Shown here piece by piece: positions 1 through 8,825 of a stretch of 64,000 bases of DNA. The DNA lies in NCBI GenBank assembly GCA_964569245.1, contig CAZMTK010000005.1, forward strand, positions 4,231 through 68,230, in the 5' to 3' direction. The stretch comes from an uncultured bacterium. Its GTDB lineage: Bacteria; Fermentibacterota; Fermentibacteria; Fermentibacterales; Fermentibacteraceae. Made by a program: the position numbers and the translations under genes. The notes beneath the pieces were generated by a model. The model ran no database searches. It was not told the DNA's origin and saw nothing but the letters and a program-made list of their open reading frames with translations. Numbering within the stretch: the first letter of the stretch is position 1; each line of letters starts with the position of its first letter.

Positions 1-86
1 TCAGCGGTGAGGTCGTGTTTTTTTGACCGCTTGTATTACGTCTTAGGTGCTTGGTATTACAGATCCCGATCAGGAGGGAGTCCGAG

Positions 87-1064
87 TTGCACATCCCCGA
101 CGGCTTCGTATCGGCGCCCCTGAACCTGGCCGCTGCGGCAGTCTCGGCCGGCGCAGTCGCCGCAGGCCTGCGTGGAGTGAGGCGCAGCGCCTCGGAGCGT
201 TTTCACACCCTTCCCCTGCTCGCCACGACGGCGGCCTTCGTTTTCGCGGCTCAGATGCTCAACTTCCCCATCGGCGGAGGCACCAGCGGGCACTTCCTCG
301 GCGCGGTCACGGCCGCGGCGCTGCTGGGACCCTGGAGCGCGGTGATAGTGATGACCGTCGTTCTGGTCATTCAGGGATTCTTCTTCGCTGACGGCGGAAT
401 CACCGCGCTCGGGACGAACATCTTCAACATGGGCGTCGTCGCCGGACTCGGAGGCTGGGGCTTCATGCGCCTCCTCCGCAGCCTGCTGCCCGCCGGGAGG
501 GGCGCCTGGGTGGCCTCGGCCGCCATCGCGAGCTGGCTCTCGGTGGTCCTCGCGTCGGCGTTCTGCGCATTGGAGCTGGCTCTCTCGGGCACTTCTCCGA
601 TGGGCGTGGTATTCCCGGCCATGGTCGGCACCCATGCAGTCATAGGCGTCGGCGAGGGCCTTGTCGCAGCCGCGGTGCTTGCTGCAACGGCGGTCTCGCG
701 GCCGGACATCATTCCGGAGTGGGCCGCAGCGCATGGCCCCGGCATCGCTCCCTCCCCCCGCCGGACCGCCGCATTCGCAGCGATCGGTGCAGTCGTCGCC
801 CTGGCGCTGGCTGCACTGGCCAGCCCGTTCGCTTCTTCCCACCCCGACGGTCTCGAGAAGGTCGCGGAGGACCGGGGCTTCATCGAGCGAGCGGCCTCGG
901 AGGCCGAAGCCCTGTGGAAAGGCTCGCCCTTCCCGGACTACGGCGTAGCCGGGGTCAGAGGCGAGGCGGCCTCCACCGGGCTTGCCGGATTCATCGGAAC
1001 CGTAGCGGTGTTCGGCGCAGGCTTTGCACTGATAAGGCTATTCCGCAGCAGGAACACTCCGTGA
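87..1064 (+). CDS. cbiM: ECF-type cobalt/nickel transporter substrate-capture component CbiM with C-terminal PDGLE (CbiN-like) extension
   Basis: ORF 51..1064; N-terminus reads (M)HIPDGF, the canonical CbiM start, when initiated at TTG 87; AGGAGGG Shine-Dalgarno 7 nt upstream; polytopic membrane protein; C-terminal 'HPDGLEKV...' PDGLE motif. Confidence 0.8.
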   Translation: MHIPDGFVSAPLNLAAAAVSAGAVAAGLRGVRRSASERFHTLPLLATTAAFVFAAQMLNFPIGGGTSGHFLGAVTAAALLGPWSAVIVMTVVLVIQGFFFADGGITALGTNIFNMGVVAGLGGWGFMRLLRSLLPAGRGAWVASAAIASWLSVVLASAFCALELALSGTSPMGVVFPAMVGTHAVIGVGEGLVAAAVLAATAVSRPDIIPEWAAAHGPGIAPSPRRTAAFAAIGAVVALALAALASPFASSHPDGLEKVAEDRGFIERAASEAEALWKGSPFPDYGVAGVRGEAASTGLAGFIGTVAVFGAGFALIRLFRSRNTP

Positions 1065-1101
1065 GCCTGGAGACCGCCCCCGTTTCTCAGGAGGAGCAGT
1101 T

Positions 1102-1854
1102 CTGACGCAGCGGCGCAACGCCTCGCTCCCCTCTGCCGGCTCGGTCCGCGGGCTGGACCCGCGGGTCAGGCTGGTCATCCTCATGGCATTCCTGATCGCC
1201 GTGGTGACTACGCCTGCGAGAAGCCTGACCGCCTTCGCAGCCTGGGCCGGCATGGTCGCATGGGCCTCCGAGCTGGCAGGCATGCCCGTTCGCAGGACTC
1301 TCGCCAGGGCGACGGCAGTGCTGCCGTTCTCTCTCGCAGCCGTGATCGGAATCCCGTTCGCGGGCGGGGGCGAGACGCTCGAGCTAGCGGGTGTGAGGAT
1401 GTCCGTCGAGGGCATATGGACCCTGGCGGGGGTCTCCATGAAAGCCTTCCTGTCTGCGGCGATGCTCTCCGTGGTCACATCCTCCACGGGTTTCGAGGGC
1501 ATGGTGAAGGCCATGAGGTCGCTGGGAATGCCGGCGCTCGTCGCGGACATCCTGTCCCTCTCATGGCGCTACCTCTTCCTGCTTGCAGACGAGGCCGTCA
1601 GGCTGAAGAGGGCGGCCTCCGCGAGAGGCTTCATGCCCCGGTGGCTTCCACAGGCCGTCATTGTCGGCAGGCTGGCCGGAAACCTCTTCGTGAGGAGCTA
1701 CGAGAGGGCGGAGAGGGTTCACGGCGCCATGATGCTGCGAGGCTTCGCCGGGGCCATGCCGGTGCCGCGGGCGCCGGCAATTCGGCCTTCCGACCTGGCG
1801 CAGGCAGCGCTGGCGCTGACGGCCATCGCTGCGGCGAGGTTCCTCCTGGCATGA
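1102..1854 (+). CDS. cbiQ: ECF transporter transmembrane (T) component CbiQ
   Basis: CbiQ-like hydrophobic protein; the conserved N-terminal 'LDPRVRL' motif lies upstream of the first ATG (1183); the only candidate start in frame is CTG 1102, preceded by AGGAGG 8 nt upstream; ATGA overlap with cbiO at 1851. Confidence 0.6.
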   Translation: MTQRRNASLPSAGSVRGLDPRVRLVILMAFLIAVVTTPARSLTAFAAWAGMVAWASELAGMPVRRTLARATAVLPFSLAAVIGIPFAGGGETLELAGVRMSVEGIWTLAGVSMKAFLSAAMLSVVTSSTGFEGMVKAMRSLGMPALVADILSLSWRYLFLLADEAVRLKRAASARGFMPRWLPQAVIVGRLAGNLFVRSYERAERVHGAMMLRGFAGAMPVPRAPAIRPSDLAQAALALTAIAAARFLLA

Positions 1855-2606
1855 GCGCCGCGTTCGTCGAGATGACGAAGCTCGGCCTGGCCTATCCCGA
1901 CGGAACGAGGGCTCTCGACGGAGTGGACCTGAGCATCTCCGAGGGCGAGTCGGTCTGCATCGCCGGCCCGAACGGCGCGGGCAAGAGCACTCTGCTGCTG
2001 TGTCTGGCGGGGCTGCTGAGATACGAGGGCTCCATACGGATAGCAGGGCGCGAGCTGGAGGGGAGGCGTTCACGCGCCAGGCCTCCCTCGGTTTTCGGCC
2101 TGGTCTTCCAGGACCCGGACGACCAGCTCTTCTGCAATACCGTCCGCGACGACGTCGCCTTCGGCCCCCGCAACGAGGGCATCCCTTCCGAAGCGGCTGA
2201 TCGCAGAGCAGCCGAGGCGATGGAGGCCGTAGGGCTGATCGGATTCGAGAGCAGGGCGCCCCATCATCTCTCCATCGGGGAGAAGAAGAGGGCCGCCATG
2301 GCCGCAGTGCTCGCCTGCAGACCGTCCGTGCTGGCCATGGACGAGCCCTGGGCCGGTCTCGATGCTAGGGCGTGCCGGGCGGTCACGGGAATCCTGGCGC
2401 GCTTCCCGGGCACTCGCATCGTCGTGACGCAGGACCTAAGACATGCAGGCGCCGTCTGCGAGAGGCTCGTGATACTCGACGGAGGGTCTGTAGCCGGAGA
2501 CGGGCCGTTCGATGAGCTGGCCGCGGACGGGAGCCTTCTCGAGAGACACGGGCTCGACTTCGAACGAATGGACGCTGCCGCAGAGCTGTGGAGACGGCGG
2601 CGCTGA
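1851..2606 (+). CDS. cbiO: ECF transporter ATPase component CbiO
   Basis: Walker A 'GPNGAGKST', ABC signature 'LSIGEKKR', Walker B 'LAMDEP'; 251 aa; start overlaps the cbiQ stop (ATGA). Confidence 0.85.
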   Translation: MSAAFVEMTKLGLAYPDGTRALDGVDLSISEGESVCIAGPNGAGKSTLLLCLAGLLRYEGSIRIAGRELEGRRSRARPPSVFGLVFQDPDDQLFCNTVRDDVAFGPRNEGIPSEAADRRAAEAMEAVGLIGFESRAPHHLSIGEKKRAAMAAVLACRPSVLAMDEPWAGLDARACRAVTGILARFPGTRIVVTQDLRHAGAVCERLVILDGGSVAGDGPFDELAADGSLLERHGLDFERMDAAAELWRRRR

Positions 2607-2904
2607 CCGGACGGAGTGGCGCCCGGCCGGCCCGGTCACCCGTGTCTCGGCCTGGAATCCATCAGATCCGAGAGCTCCGCCATCAGCCCGGGCATGTCAT
2701 CGGGAATGGTGCCGGAGAGGAAGGCCGAGAGCCCCGACCGGAGAGCGATCCTCACCTGCTCCCCCGGGAGGTCGGAAGCGCGGCCCGCCACATGGGATGC
2801 CCTCCTGCCCAGCATCCTGGCGAACCTCACGCGGAGCCCGGGATGCCTTTCCTCGAGGCGCCTCGCCGCTTCTTCGAGAAGCGAAGCGGGAGGCTCGGCG
2901 CAGG

Positions 2905-4395
2905 TCACAGGTAGAGGTCCCTCTCCCCGGCCCTGATCCTGTCGAGATAGCGCTGCACTACGGCCTTCACATCGGGGTTCTCGATTGCGGCCAGCTCCCT
3001 CTCGAGAAGCGCCCGGCCCTTCGCCCTGGTCTCCGGGGAGGCGTAGTCCTCCAGATACTCGGCGAATGTGAGGATGGCGTTGGGCATGCAGAAGTTCTGT
3101 ATGCGGCCGTTCTTCGACAGGCTCATGAAGCAGCCCCCGGTTCGTCCGCACCTGTAGTCGGCGGTGCAGAAGCTGGTGATCATCTGCATGTCGGCCAGCT
3201 CCGACACCACCTCGTCCAGGCTCCTCCCGTCGGAAAGCATGAACTGCTGCCTTGTGCCGTCCACGCTGCCGTCAGAATACCCGCCGATGCCGATGTTCGA
3301 GCCGGCGTCGATCTGAGTGACACCGACCGGAATGATGGAGCGTCGCACGCATGCGGTCTCCCGCGCCGTCAGAATGAGCCCTGTGTAGGGCACGGAAAGC
3401 CTTATCACGGTCACGAGCTTCTTGAAGACGTCGTCGGGGACCTTGTATGCGGGATTCTCCAGGAACGGGGTGTTCAGCGCGGGTTCCAGCCTGGGAACGC
3501 TTATCGTGTGCGGCCCCACGCCTCCGAAGCGCCTCTCCAGGTCGATCGCGTGAAGCAGAAGGGCCATCACCTCGAACCTGTAGTCGTACAGCCCGAACAG
3601 CGCGCCTATCGCCACGTCGTCTATTCCCGCCTCCTGAGCGCGGTGAAGGGCGTACAGCCTCCAGAGCATGTTGCCCTTGAGGGTGTCGGGGGGATGGAGC
3701 CTTCCGTATGTCTCGTGGTGGTAGGTCTCCTGGAAGACCTGGTAGGTTCCTATCCCGACCTTCTTCAGCTCGGTGAAGTCCGCAATCGAGAGAGGGGCGG
3801 CGTTCACGTTCACCCGCCTGATCTCCCCTCCGCCGTCCTTCACGGAGTAGGCCAGCTCGATCGTGTGGGCGATGAATCGCGCGTCGGTGCGGGGATGCTC
3901 GCCGTACACCATGACCAGCCGCTTGTGCCCCCTCCTGACAAGGGCGAGAACCTCCTCCCTGAGCTGGTCGTCCGTCAGGCAGGTGCGCTTCACGGCGGTG
4001 TTCTCCCGGCGGAAGCCGCAGTAGGCGCAGTTGTTCACGCAGTAGTCCGAGACGTATAGCGGCGCGAAGAACACGATCCTGCGTCCGTAGACGGACTGCT
4101 TCACCTTCAGGCCCGCGGCGTACATCTCGTGCCACAGGCCCTCGTCGCTGCAGTTGAGGAGGGCGGCCGTCTCGGCGGGCTCGAGCCTTTCCAGGGCCAG
4201 CGACTTCGCGACGATGTCCCGGATTCTCGAGGGATCGGGACGGGCGTTCCTCTCGAGCTCGGAGAAGATCAGATCCTCGTCAACGAAGTCCCTGCCGTCT
4301 TCGAGGTAACGCTCGATCTCGTCCTGTCTTATCACCGAGGCTACCCAGTCGCGCTCGGATGTCGTGATTCGCATTGGGATACCGACCTGTTCCAT
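2905..4395 (-). CDS. HydG/ThiH-family radical SAM tyrosine lyase-like enzyme (HydG-like C-terminal Cys motif variant)
   Basis: CVNNCAYCGF radical SAM CX3CX2C motif preceded by 'FAPLYVSDYC'; C-terminal 'CTADYRCGRTGGCFM...NFC' resembles the HydG auxiliary-cluster region; start taken at MEQVGIPMRITT (ATG 4395), upstream ORF extension is Arg-rich junk. Confidence 0.6.
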   Translation of the reverse strand: MEQVGIPMRITTSERDWVASVIRQDEIERYLEDGRDFVDEDLIFSELERNARPDPSRIRDIVAKSLALERLEPAETAALLNCSDEGLWHEMYAAGLKVKQSVYGRRIVFFAPLYVSDYCVNNCAYCGFRRENTAVKRTCLTDDQLREEVLALVRRGHKRLVMVYGEHPRTDARFIAHTIELAYSVKDGGGEIRRVNVNAAPLSIADFTELKKVGIGTYQVFQETYHHETYGRLHPPDTLKGNMLWRLYALHRAQEAGIDDVAIGALFGLYDYRFEVMALLLHAIDLERRFGGVGPHTISVPRLEPALNTPFLENPAYKVPDDVFKKLVTVIRLSVPYTGLILTARETACVRRSIIPVGVTQIDAGSNIGIGGYSDGSVDGTRQQFMLSDGRSLDEVVSELADMQMITSFCTADYRCGRTGGCFMSLSKNGRIQNFCMPNAILTFAEYLEDYASPETRAKGRALLERELAAIENPDVKAVVQRYLDRIRAGERDLYL

Positions 4396-4473
4396 TCCAG
4401 TGATGCCGCCGATTCCGACATAGCTTATATAACAAACAGGGGTTGTCTTGCGTTCCGAGCCCGGAGGAGGGGG

Positions 4474-5154
4474 ATGAGGACATATTCCGCGGTTCTGCTC
4501 GACCTCGACGGCACGCTGCTCGACTATTCCGCGGCGCAGGCAGGCGCCGTACGCGAAGCCTCGCATCTGCTCGAAATTCCGGAAGACCGGTTCGGCGACC
4601 TGATGTCCTTCGTGAACTCGCCGCCTATTCAGGCTTTCGAGTCCTGCCGTCCCGGGGCGCCGGCCCTGGGCGACGAAGCTGTCACAAGAGCCTTCCCTTC
4701 CGTTCCCTCCATCCAGCCCGCCGCCTTCCTGACCAGCTATTTCAAGGCTCTGTCCAAGCGGGGCGAGACGATCGAGGGCGCCCAGGCGTGTCTGAGAGCG
4801 CTGAGGCGTGGAAGGAGGCTTGCGGCTGTATCGAACGGACTTGGCTCCGTGCAGAGGAGCAGGCTCGAGGCTTCGGGGCTCACGGGCTTCTTCGAGGCTC
4901 TCGTCATAAGCTGCGAAATCGGCGTCGCCAAGCCCGACCCGGAAATCTTCAGGATGGCGCTAGACCTTCTCGCTGCGAAGCCCGGCGACACAGTGATGAT
5001 AGGAGACAGCGCCGCCAGCGACATGGCTGGCGCCGAAGCCGCAGGCATAGACTTCATCTTCGTTTCCGCGACCGGGGAGGCCCGCCCGGCGGGAAGGGCG
5101 GTCGCGGTTGTGGGATCCATCTCCGAAGTTCCGGAGCTGGAGTGCTTCAGATGA
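4474..5154 (+). CDS. HAD-superfamily hydrolase (phosphatase-like)
   Basis: 'LLDLDGTLLD' DxD motif I, 'SNG' motif, 'MIGDSAASDMAGAEAAG' motif IV; GGAGGAGGGGG SD before ATG 4474. Confidence 0.75.
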   Translation: MRTYSAVLLDLDGTLLDYSAAQAGAVREASHLLEIPEDRFGDLMSFVNSPPIQAFESCRPGAPALGDEAVTRAFPSVPSIQPAAFLTSYFKALSKRGETIEGAQACLRALRRGRRLAAVSNGLGSVQRSRLEASGLTGFFEALVISCEIGVAKPDPEIFRMALDLLAAKPGDTVMIGDSAASDMAGAEAAGIDFIFVSATGEARPAGRAVAVVGSISEVPELECFR

Positions 5155-5185
5155 TCCCGGTCGAACCCGGGAGGAAGGAGCAGAG

Positions 5186-5677
5186 ATGAGAGCTTGCTTC
5201 CTGGTTCTCGCCCTTGCCGCCGCTGCATTCGCGGGAGGCACGCAGTACGGTCTGCATGCCGGCTTCATGCTCCCCACCGGAGACGCCGCCGACGCCTACA
5301 AGCCCAGCCCCATGATCGGAGGGCAGATCCTGTTCCATCTGCCGATGTACGCCATCGAGGGCAGCGCCTCCTATGTCTTCCTTTCACCGGAGGACGAGGT
5401 CGAGAACTTCTCTGGCAGCGTCATCCCCATCCTTGCAGGCGTGAGGACATACACAAGCATGCTGTTCTTCGGAGGCGGAGCCGCTCTGCACATGTTCAGC
5501 ACGAGCTGGGACACCCCGAGCGGCGAGGTGGAGGAGAGCGACAGCTACTTCGGCGCCTACGGCACCGTGGGAACCGAGCTCCCGATGGGCGGCAGCGAGA
5601 TAGAACTCAACGCCAAGGCCCAGTGGATAGACTTCGACGAGATCTGGCTCTCGATCCAGGCAGGCATCTACTTCTAG
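5186..5677 (+). CDS. Small outer-membrane beta-barrel protein (OmpW/porin-like)
   Basis: Signal peptide MRACFLVLALAAAAFA; alternating amphipathic strands; C-terminal ...AGIYF with terminal Phe typical of OMPs. Confidence 0.55.
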   Translation: MRACFLVLALAAAAFAGGTQYGLHAGFMLPTGDAADAYKPSPMIGGQILFHLPMYAIEGSASYVFLSPEDEVENFSGSVIPILAGVRTYTSMLFFGGGAALHMFSTSWDTPSGEVEESDSYFGAYGTVGTELPMGGSEIELNAKAQWIDFDEIWLSIQAGIYF

Positions 5678-5689
5678 CGGGCGATGTCG

Positions 5690-6829
5690 TCATGCGGGGG
5701 GCCGGGCAGTCCGGCTCCCCGCACCCCCTTCCTTCAGGGTTTCGGACACCAGATTCAGCACGACCTTTCGGATGTCGAAGTCCCGCAGCGCCCTCTCCAG
5801 CCCCTGTCTCCCGTAGAGTTCCATCAGGTCGGGTCTTCTGCAGAGCTCCGAGACGTCGCGCGCGAAGCCGTCGCGCGTCGAAAGAATGCCGGAGACCCCG
5901 TGCTCCACGGCATCGGTCACGCCTCCCTCGGCAATGCCTGCAGCAGCAGTGCCGCATGCCGATGCCTCGATGAAGGTCAGACCGAAGCCCTCGACATCCC
6001 CGGACGCCGCATCGGACTGGCATGGAGACAGGAACAGGTCTGCCGACCTGTAGAGGGCGGCGAGATCGCCGTCCGGCACCTCTCCGAGGAATTCAGCCCT
6101 GCCGCCGAGCGCCGCCGCCTGCTCCCTGAGGGCGGGCTCCAGAGGGCCGCCGCCGGCCAGCCACAGGCCGGCATCTGAGCCCGAGTCGAGTAGAAGCTTC
6201 AGCGACTCGACGACAAGGTCGAACCTCTTTCTGGGAACCATCCGGCCGGCGGAGAAGAGCTGGATCGGGCGGCGCCCTTCCCTGCGCGGGCCATCGGGGT
6301 TGAAGATCCCCGTATCCACTCCGTTGATGCCCGTGAACACCCTCGAGCGAGGGGCTGCCCGGCGCAGCCTCTCAGCGGTGAACCTGCTCGCGGCAGCCGC
6401 GAGAGACACCCTCTCGAGCACCCTTCTGCGTCTGGCGCGCAGCAGAGGAGTGTACCTGGCGAAGACCTCGAGCCCGTGCACCATCGCGGCTACGGGGCAC
6501 TCGGCATGCGCCATGAGGGCGCCCTCGGCCACCCTCCAGGTCGAGCAGAGGATCGCATCCGGCCAGCCGCCCTGTCTGCGCATCTCGCGCCGGAAGGCCC
6601 TCATGAAGTGGAAGTGCCGCATGGCGCAGAAGCTCCTCCCCTCGACCGGCACCAGGGCGAAGGGAGCGTGAGCCTCTCGAAGAACAGCCCTCTTGGCGAG
6701 GACCGTGACGGACGCTCCGATGGCGGATGCAGCCGCAGCGGTGCCGGCGCTCCATCGAGAGATCCCTCCCAGCTTCGGAGGGAAGTCCTCGGTGGCCAAC
6801 CAGATTCTCCGTCCGACGAGGTCTGTCAC
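5690..6829 (-). CDS. GT4-family (GT1 fold) glycosyltransferase
   Basis: N-terminus (M)TDLVGRRIWLATEDFPPKLGGI, C-terminal 'EGFGLTFIEASACGTAAAG' and 'GEVPDGDLAALYRSADLFLSP' GT4 motifs; GTG start overlaps the MFS stop (GTGA). Confidence 0.75.
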   Translation of the reverse strand: MTDLVGRRIWLATEDFPPKLGGISRWSAGTAAAASAIGASVTVLAKRAVLREAHAPFALVPVEGRSFCAMRHFHFMRAFRREMRRQGGWPDAILCSTWRVAEGALMAHAECPVAAMVHGLEVFARYTPLLRARRRRVLERVSLAAAASRFTAERLRRAAPRSRVFTGINGVDTGIFNPDGPRREGRRPIQLFSAGRMVPRKRFDLVVESLKLLLDSGSDAGLWLAGGGPLEPALREQAAALGGRAEFLGEVPDGDLAALYRSADLFLSPCQSDAASGDVEGFGLTFIEASACGTAAAGIAEGGVTDAVEHGVSGILSTRDGFARDVSELCRRPDLMELYGRQGLERALRDFDIRKVVLNLVSETLKEGGAGSRTARPPA

Positions 6830-8085
6830 AGCCCCAGCCTTCTGCGCTGCTCGAAGCGCCTGAGGTACAGAAGGCCGGCGAGCAAGAAGAACCCCGTAGA
6901 GGCGGCGAACAGGGGCTCGTATCCGCAGTACCGGAGCAGCAGGTTTCCGAGGAGCGGCGCCACGAATCCGCGCAGGGCCGTCATCGTGATGTGCAGGCCC
7001 TGGTAGGTCGCTTCCTGTCCGGCGGGGGCGAAGTAGAGGCTCGACATGTTCCACGAGACGTTCACGCCCGCCATGCTGACGGAATAGACGCAGAAGGCGG
7101 AGTAGAAGAGCAGCCTGGCCTGCGTCTGGAGGAATGTTCCCGCAGCTATGAGCGCGGGGTAGGCGGCCAGCGCGAGGCAGACGAAGCCGGTGAACCTGAA
7201 GGGGTGCATCCTCTCGGCGCGAATGCCCATGAAGGGGCTGAGCAGGAGTATGCCCATCTGGGCTATCACGCCTTTCGCGGCGGCGTACTCGCCGTAGTCC
7301 AGGTGCAGGTAGTCCCTCGCGAAGAACGGTATCGCGGGAAGGATCATCATGAAGGCGAACCCGTACAGCATGAAGTAGGCCTCGAACCTCGCGAACTCCC
7401 TGTCGCGCCAGAATACTTCCCACAGCGACTTCACGATTTCGCGGGGAGTGGCGCGAGCCTTCGCAGGCGCCTCGGGGAGGCTGCGCGTCATCAGATAGAA
7501 GATCCCCGCATGAACGGCGCCGAAGCAGCCGAGGGCTAGGAAGAGGACCCTGTACCACTGGAAGTCGAGGTCCAGCAGCAGCCCTACGAGGAGAGCAGAG
7601 GGAACGCTGATGAGGGTGAAGAAGCTCACCGCCCAGCCGTACAGCACTCCACGCCTGCCCTCTCTGTAGCAGTTCCGGATGATCGTGTTCTGGGCCGGGC
7701 TCACCACGCTGTCAGCCGCGCTGAACAGCGCCAGCAGGACGAGAAGGACGTCCGCGCTCGCGGAGAGGCTCATCAGACAGGCAGGGACACGAAGGATGCC
7801 CGCGGCCAGGAAGGCCCGCCCCCACCACCCTCGGCTCTCGACCATCCGGTTGATGAAGACGGAGAGGAAGTTGCTCATCGGCCAGATCATCGTGAGGAGC
7901 GTGATCTGCCAGACCGAGGCACCCAGGCCGTTGGCCGCTATGTACTCGTTGTTGAGCAGGACGCCCGAGCAGAGCCCCGCCGCCACCGAGGAGGCGAGCT
8001 GGAGCCTGAAGGTGCGCTTCTCGCAGGGCGAGAGGTCTATCGGTATCAGCGGATACGGCGCCCCGGCGAGCGCAGTCTCGGACAT
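6826..8085 (-). CDS. MFS-type transporter
   Basis: 420-aa polytopic protein with ~12 predicted TM segments; the long N-terminal ORF extension is junk; ATG overlaps the cysC stop (TGATG). Confidence 0.65.
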   Translation of the reverse strand: MSETALAGAPYPLIPIDLSPCEKRTFRLQLASSVAAGLCSGVLLNNEYIAANGLGASVWQITLLTMIWPMSNFLSVFINRMVESRGWWGRAFLAAGILRVPACLMSLSASADVLLVLLALFSAADSVVSPAQNTIIRNCYREGRRGVLYGWAVSFFTLISVPSALLVGLLLDLDFQWYRVLFLALGCFGAVHAGIFYLMTRSLPEAPAKARATPREIVKSLWEVFWRDREFARFEAYFMLYGFAFMMILPAIPFFARDYLHLDYGEYAAAKGVIAQMGILLLSPFMGIRAERMHPFRFTGFVCLALAAYPALIAAGTFLQTQARLLFYSAFCVYSVSMAGVNVSWNMSSLYFAPAGQEATYQGLHITMTALRGFVAPLLGNLLLRYCGYEPLFAASTGFFLLAGLLYLRRFEQRRRLGL

Positions 8086-8714
8086 CAGGGCTCCGAGCTG
8101 AGCTTCCCCATCGACTCCAGGAGCATGATTATCTCCCTGGCGCATTCGTCGGGATCCTGGATGTCGGTCTGCAGGTGGACCTCGGGCTCCAGGGGCGCCT
8201 CGTATGGCGCAGAAACGCCCGTGAACTCGGGCAGCAGGCCCTCCCTGGCCTTCCTGTAGAGGCCCTTGGGATCGCGGCTCTCTGCCACCTCCAGCGGAGC
8301 GTCCACGAACACCTCGATGAAGTCGCCCTCGGCCTGCATGGAGCGGGCTTTCTCCCTGTCGGCGGCATAGGGGCTGATGAAGGCCACGATGTTGATGAGG
8401 CCGAACGAGGTCAGCAGCTTCGCGACCTCTGCGATGCGCCTGATGTTCTCCGTCCTGTCGGCCGGAGAGAACCCGAGATCGCTGTTGAGCCCGTGCCTGA
8501 CGTTGTCCCCGTCCAGAACCACGGAGAGCAGGCCCCTGTCGTGCAGCGCGCCGGCGAGAGCGCCGGCGACCGTTGACTTGCCGGATGAAGGCAGTCCGGT
8601 GAGCCAGACCGTCACCCCCCTGCTGCCGAGGAGTGTCTCGCGCTCCTCCCTCCCCACCGGGTGATGGTGCCATGTGACGTTTCGTACGGGGATTCCGGTC
8701 CCGCTCTCAGTCAT
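8085..8714 (-). CDS. cysC: Adenylyl-sulfate (APS) kinase
   Basis: '[18 protein letters not shown]' P-loop and 'FISPYAADR' motif; 209 aa. Confidence 0.85.
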   Translation of the reverse strand: MTESGTGIPVRNVTWHHHPVGREERETLLGSRGVTVWLTGLPSSGKSTVAGALAGALHDRGLLSVVLDGDNVRHGLNSDLGFSPADRTENIRRIAEVAKLLTSFGLINIVAFISPYAADREKARSMQAEGDFIEVFVDAPLEVAESRDPKGLYRKAREGLLPEFTGVSAPYEAPLEPEVHLQTDIQDPDECAREIIMLLESMGKLSSEP

Positions 8715-8825
8715 CGGGATTCCTTTCTTGCGTCGGAGGACCGCAGCCCCAATGTTCCCAGCCGCAGGCTTTCAACATATCCACTCGCAGCACCTCGCGC
8801 AAAGATCGGAGACGGAGGAAGCTCG

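Noticed and set aside
57-883. Long minus-strand ORFs (57..842, 371..883) overlapping cbiM, and similar Arg-rich ORFs throughout (for example 2512..4059 +, 15575..17122 -, 46418..47863 -, and the N-terminal 430 aa of 34175..35848 -)
   Set aside because: Arg/Pro/Gly-rich, low-complexity translations on the strand or frame opposite well-supported genes. These are typical spurious ORFs in ~65% GC DNA.
2905-4566. Calling the radical SAM gene a bona fide [FeFe]-hydrogenase maturase operon member (hydG)
   Set aside because: No hydA, hydE or hydF is in the window and the C-terminal Cys motif deviates, so only a family-level call is made.
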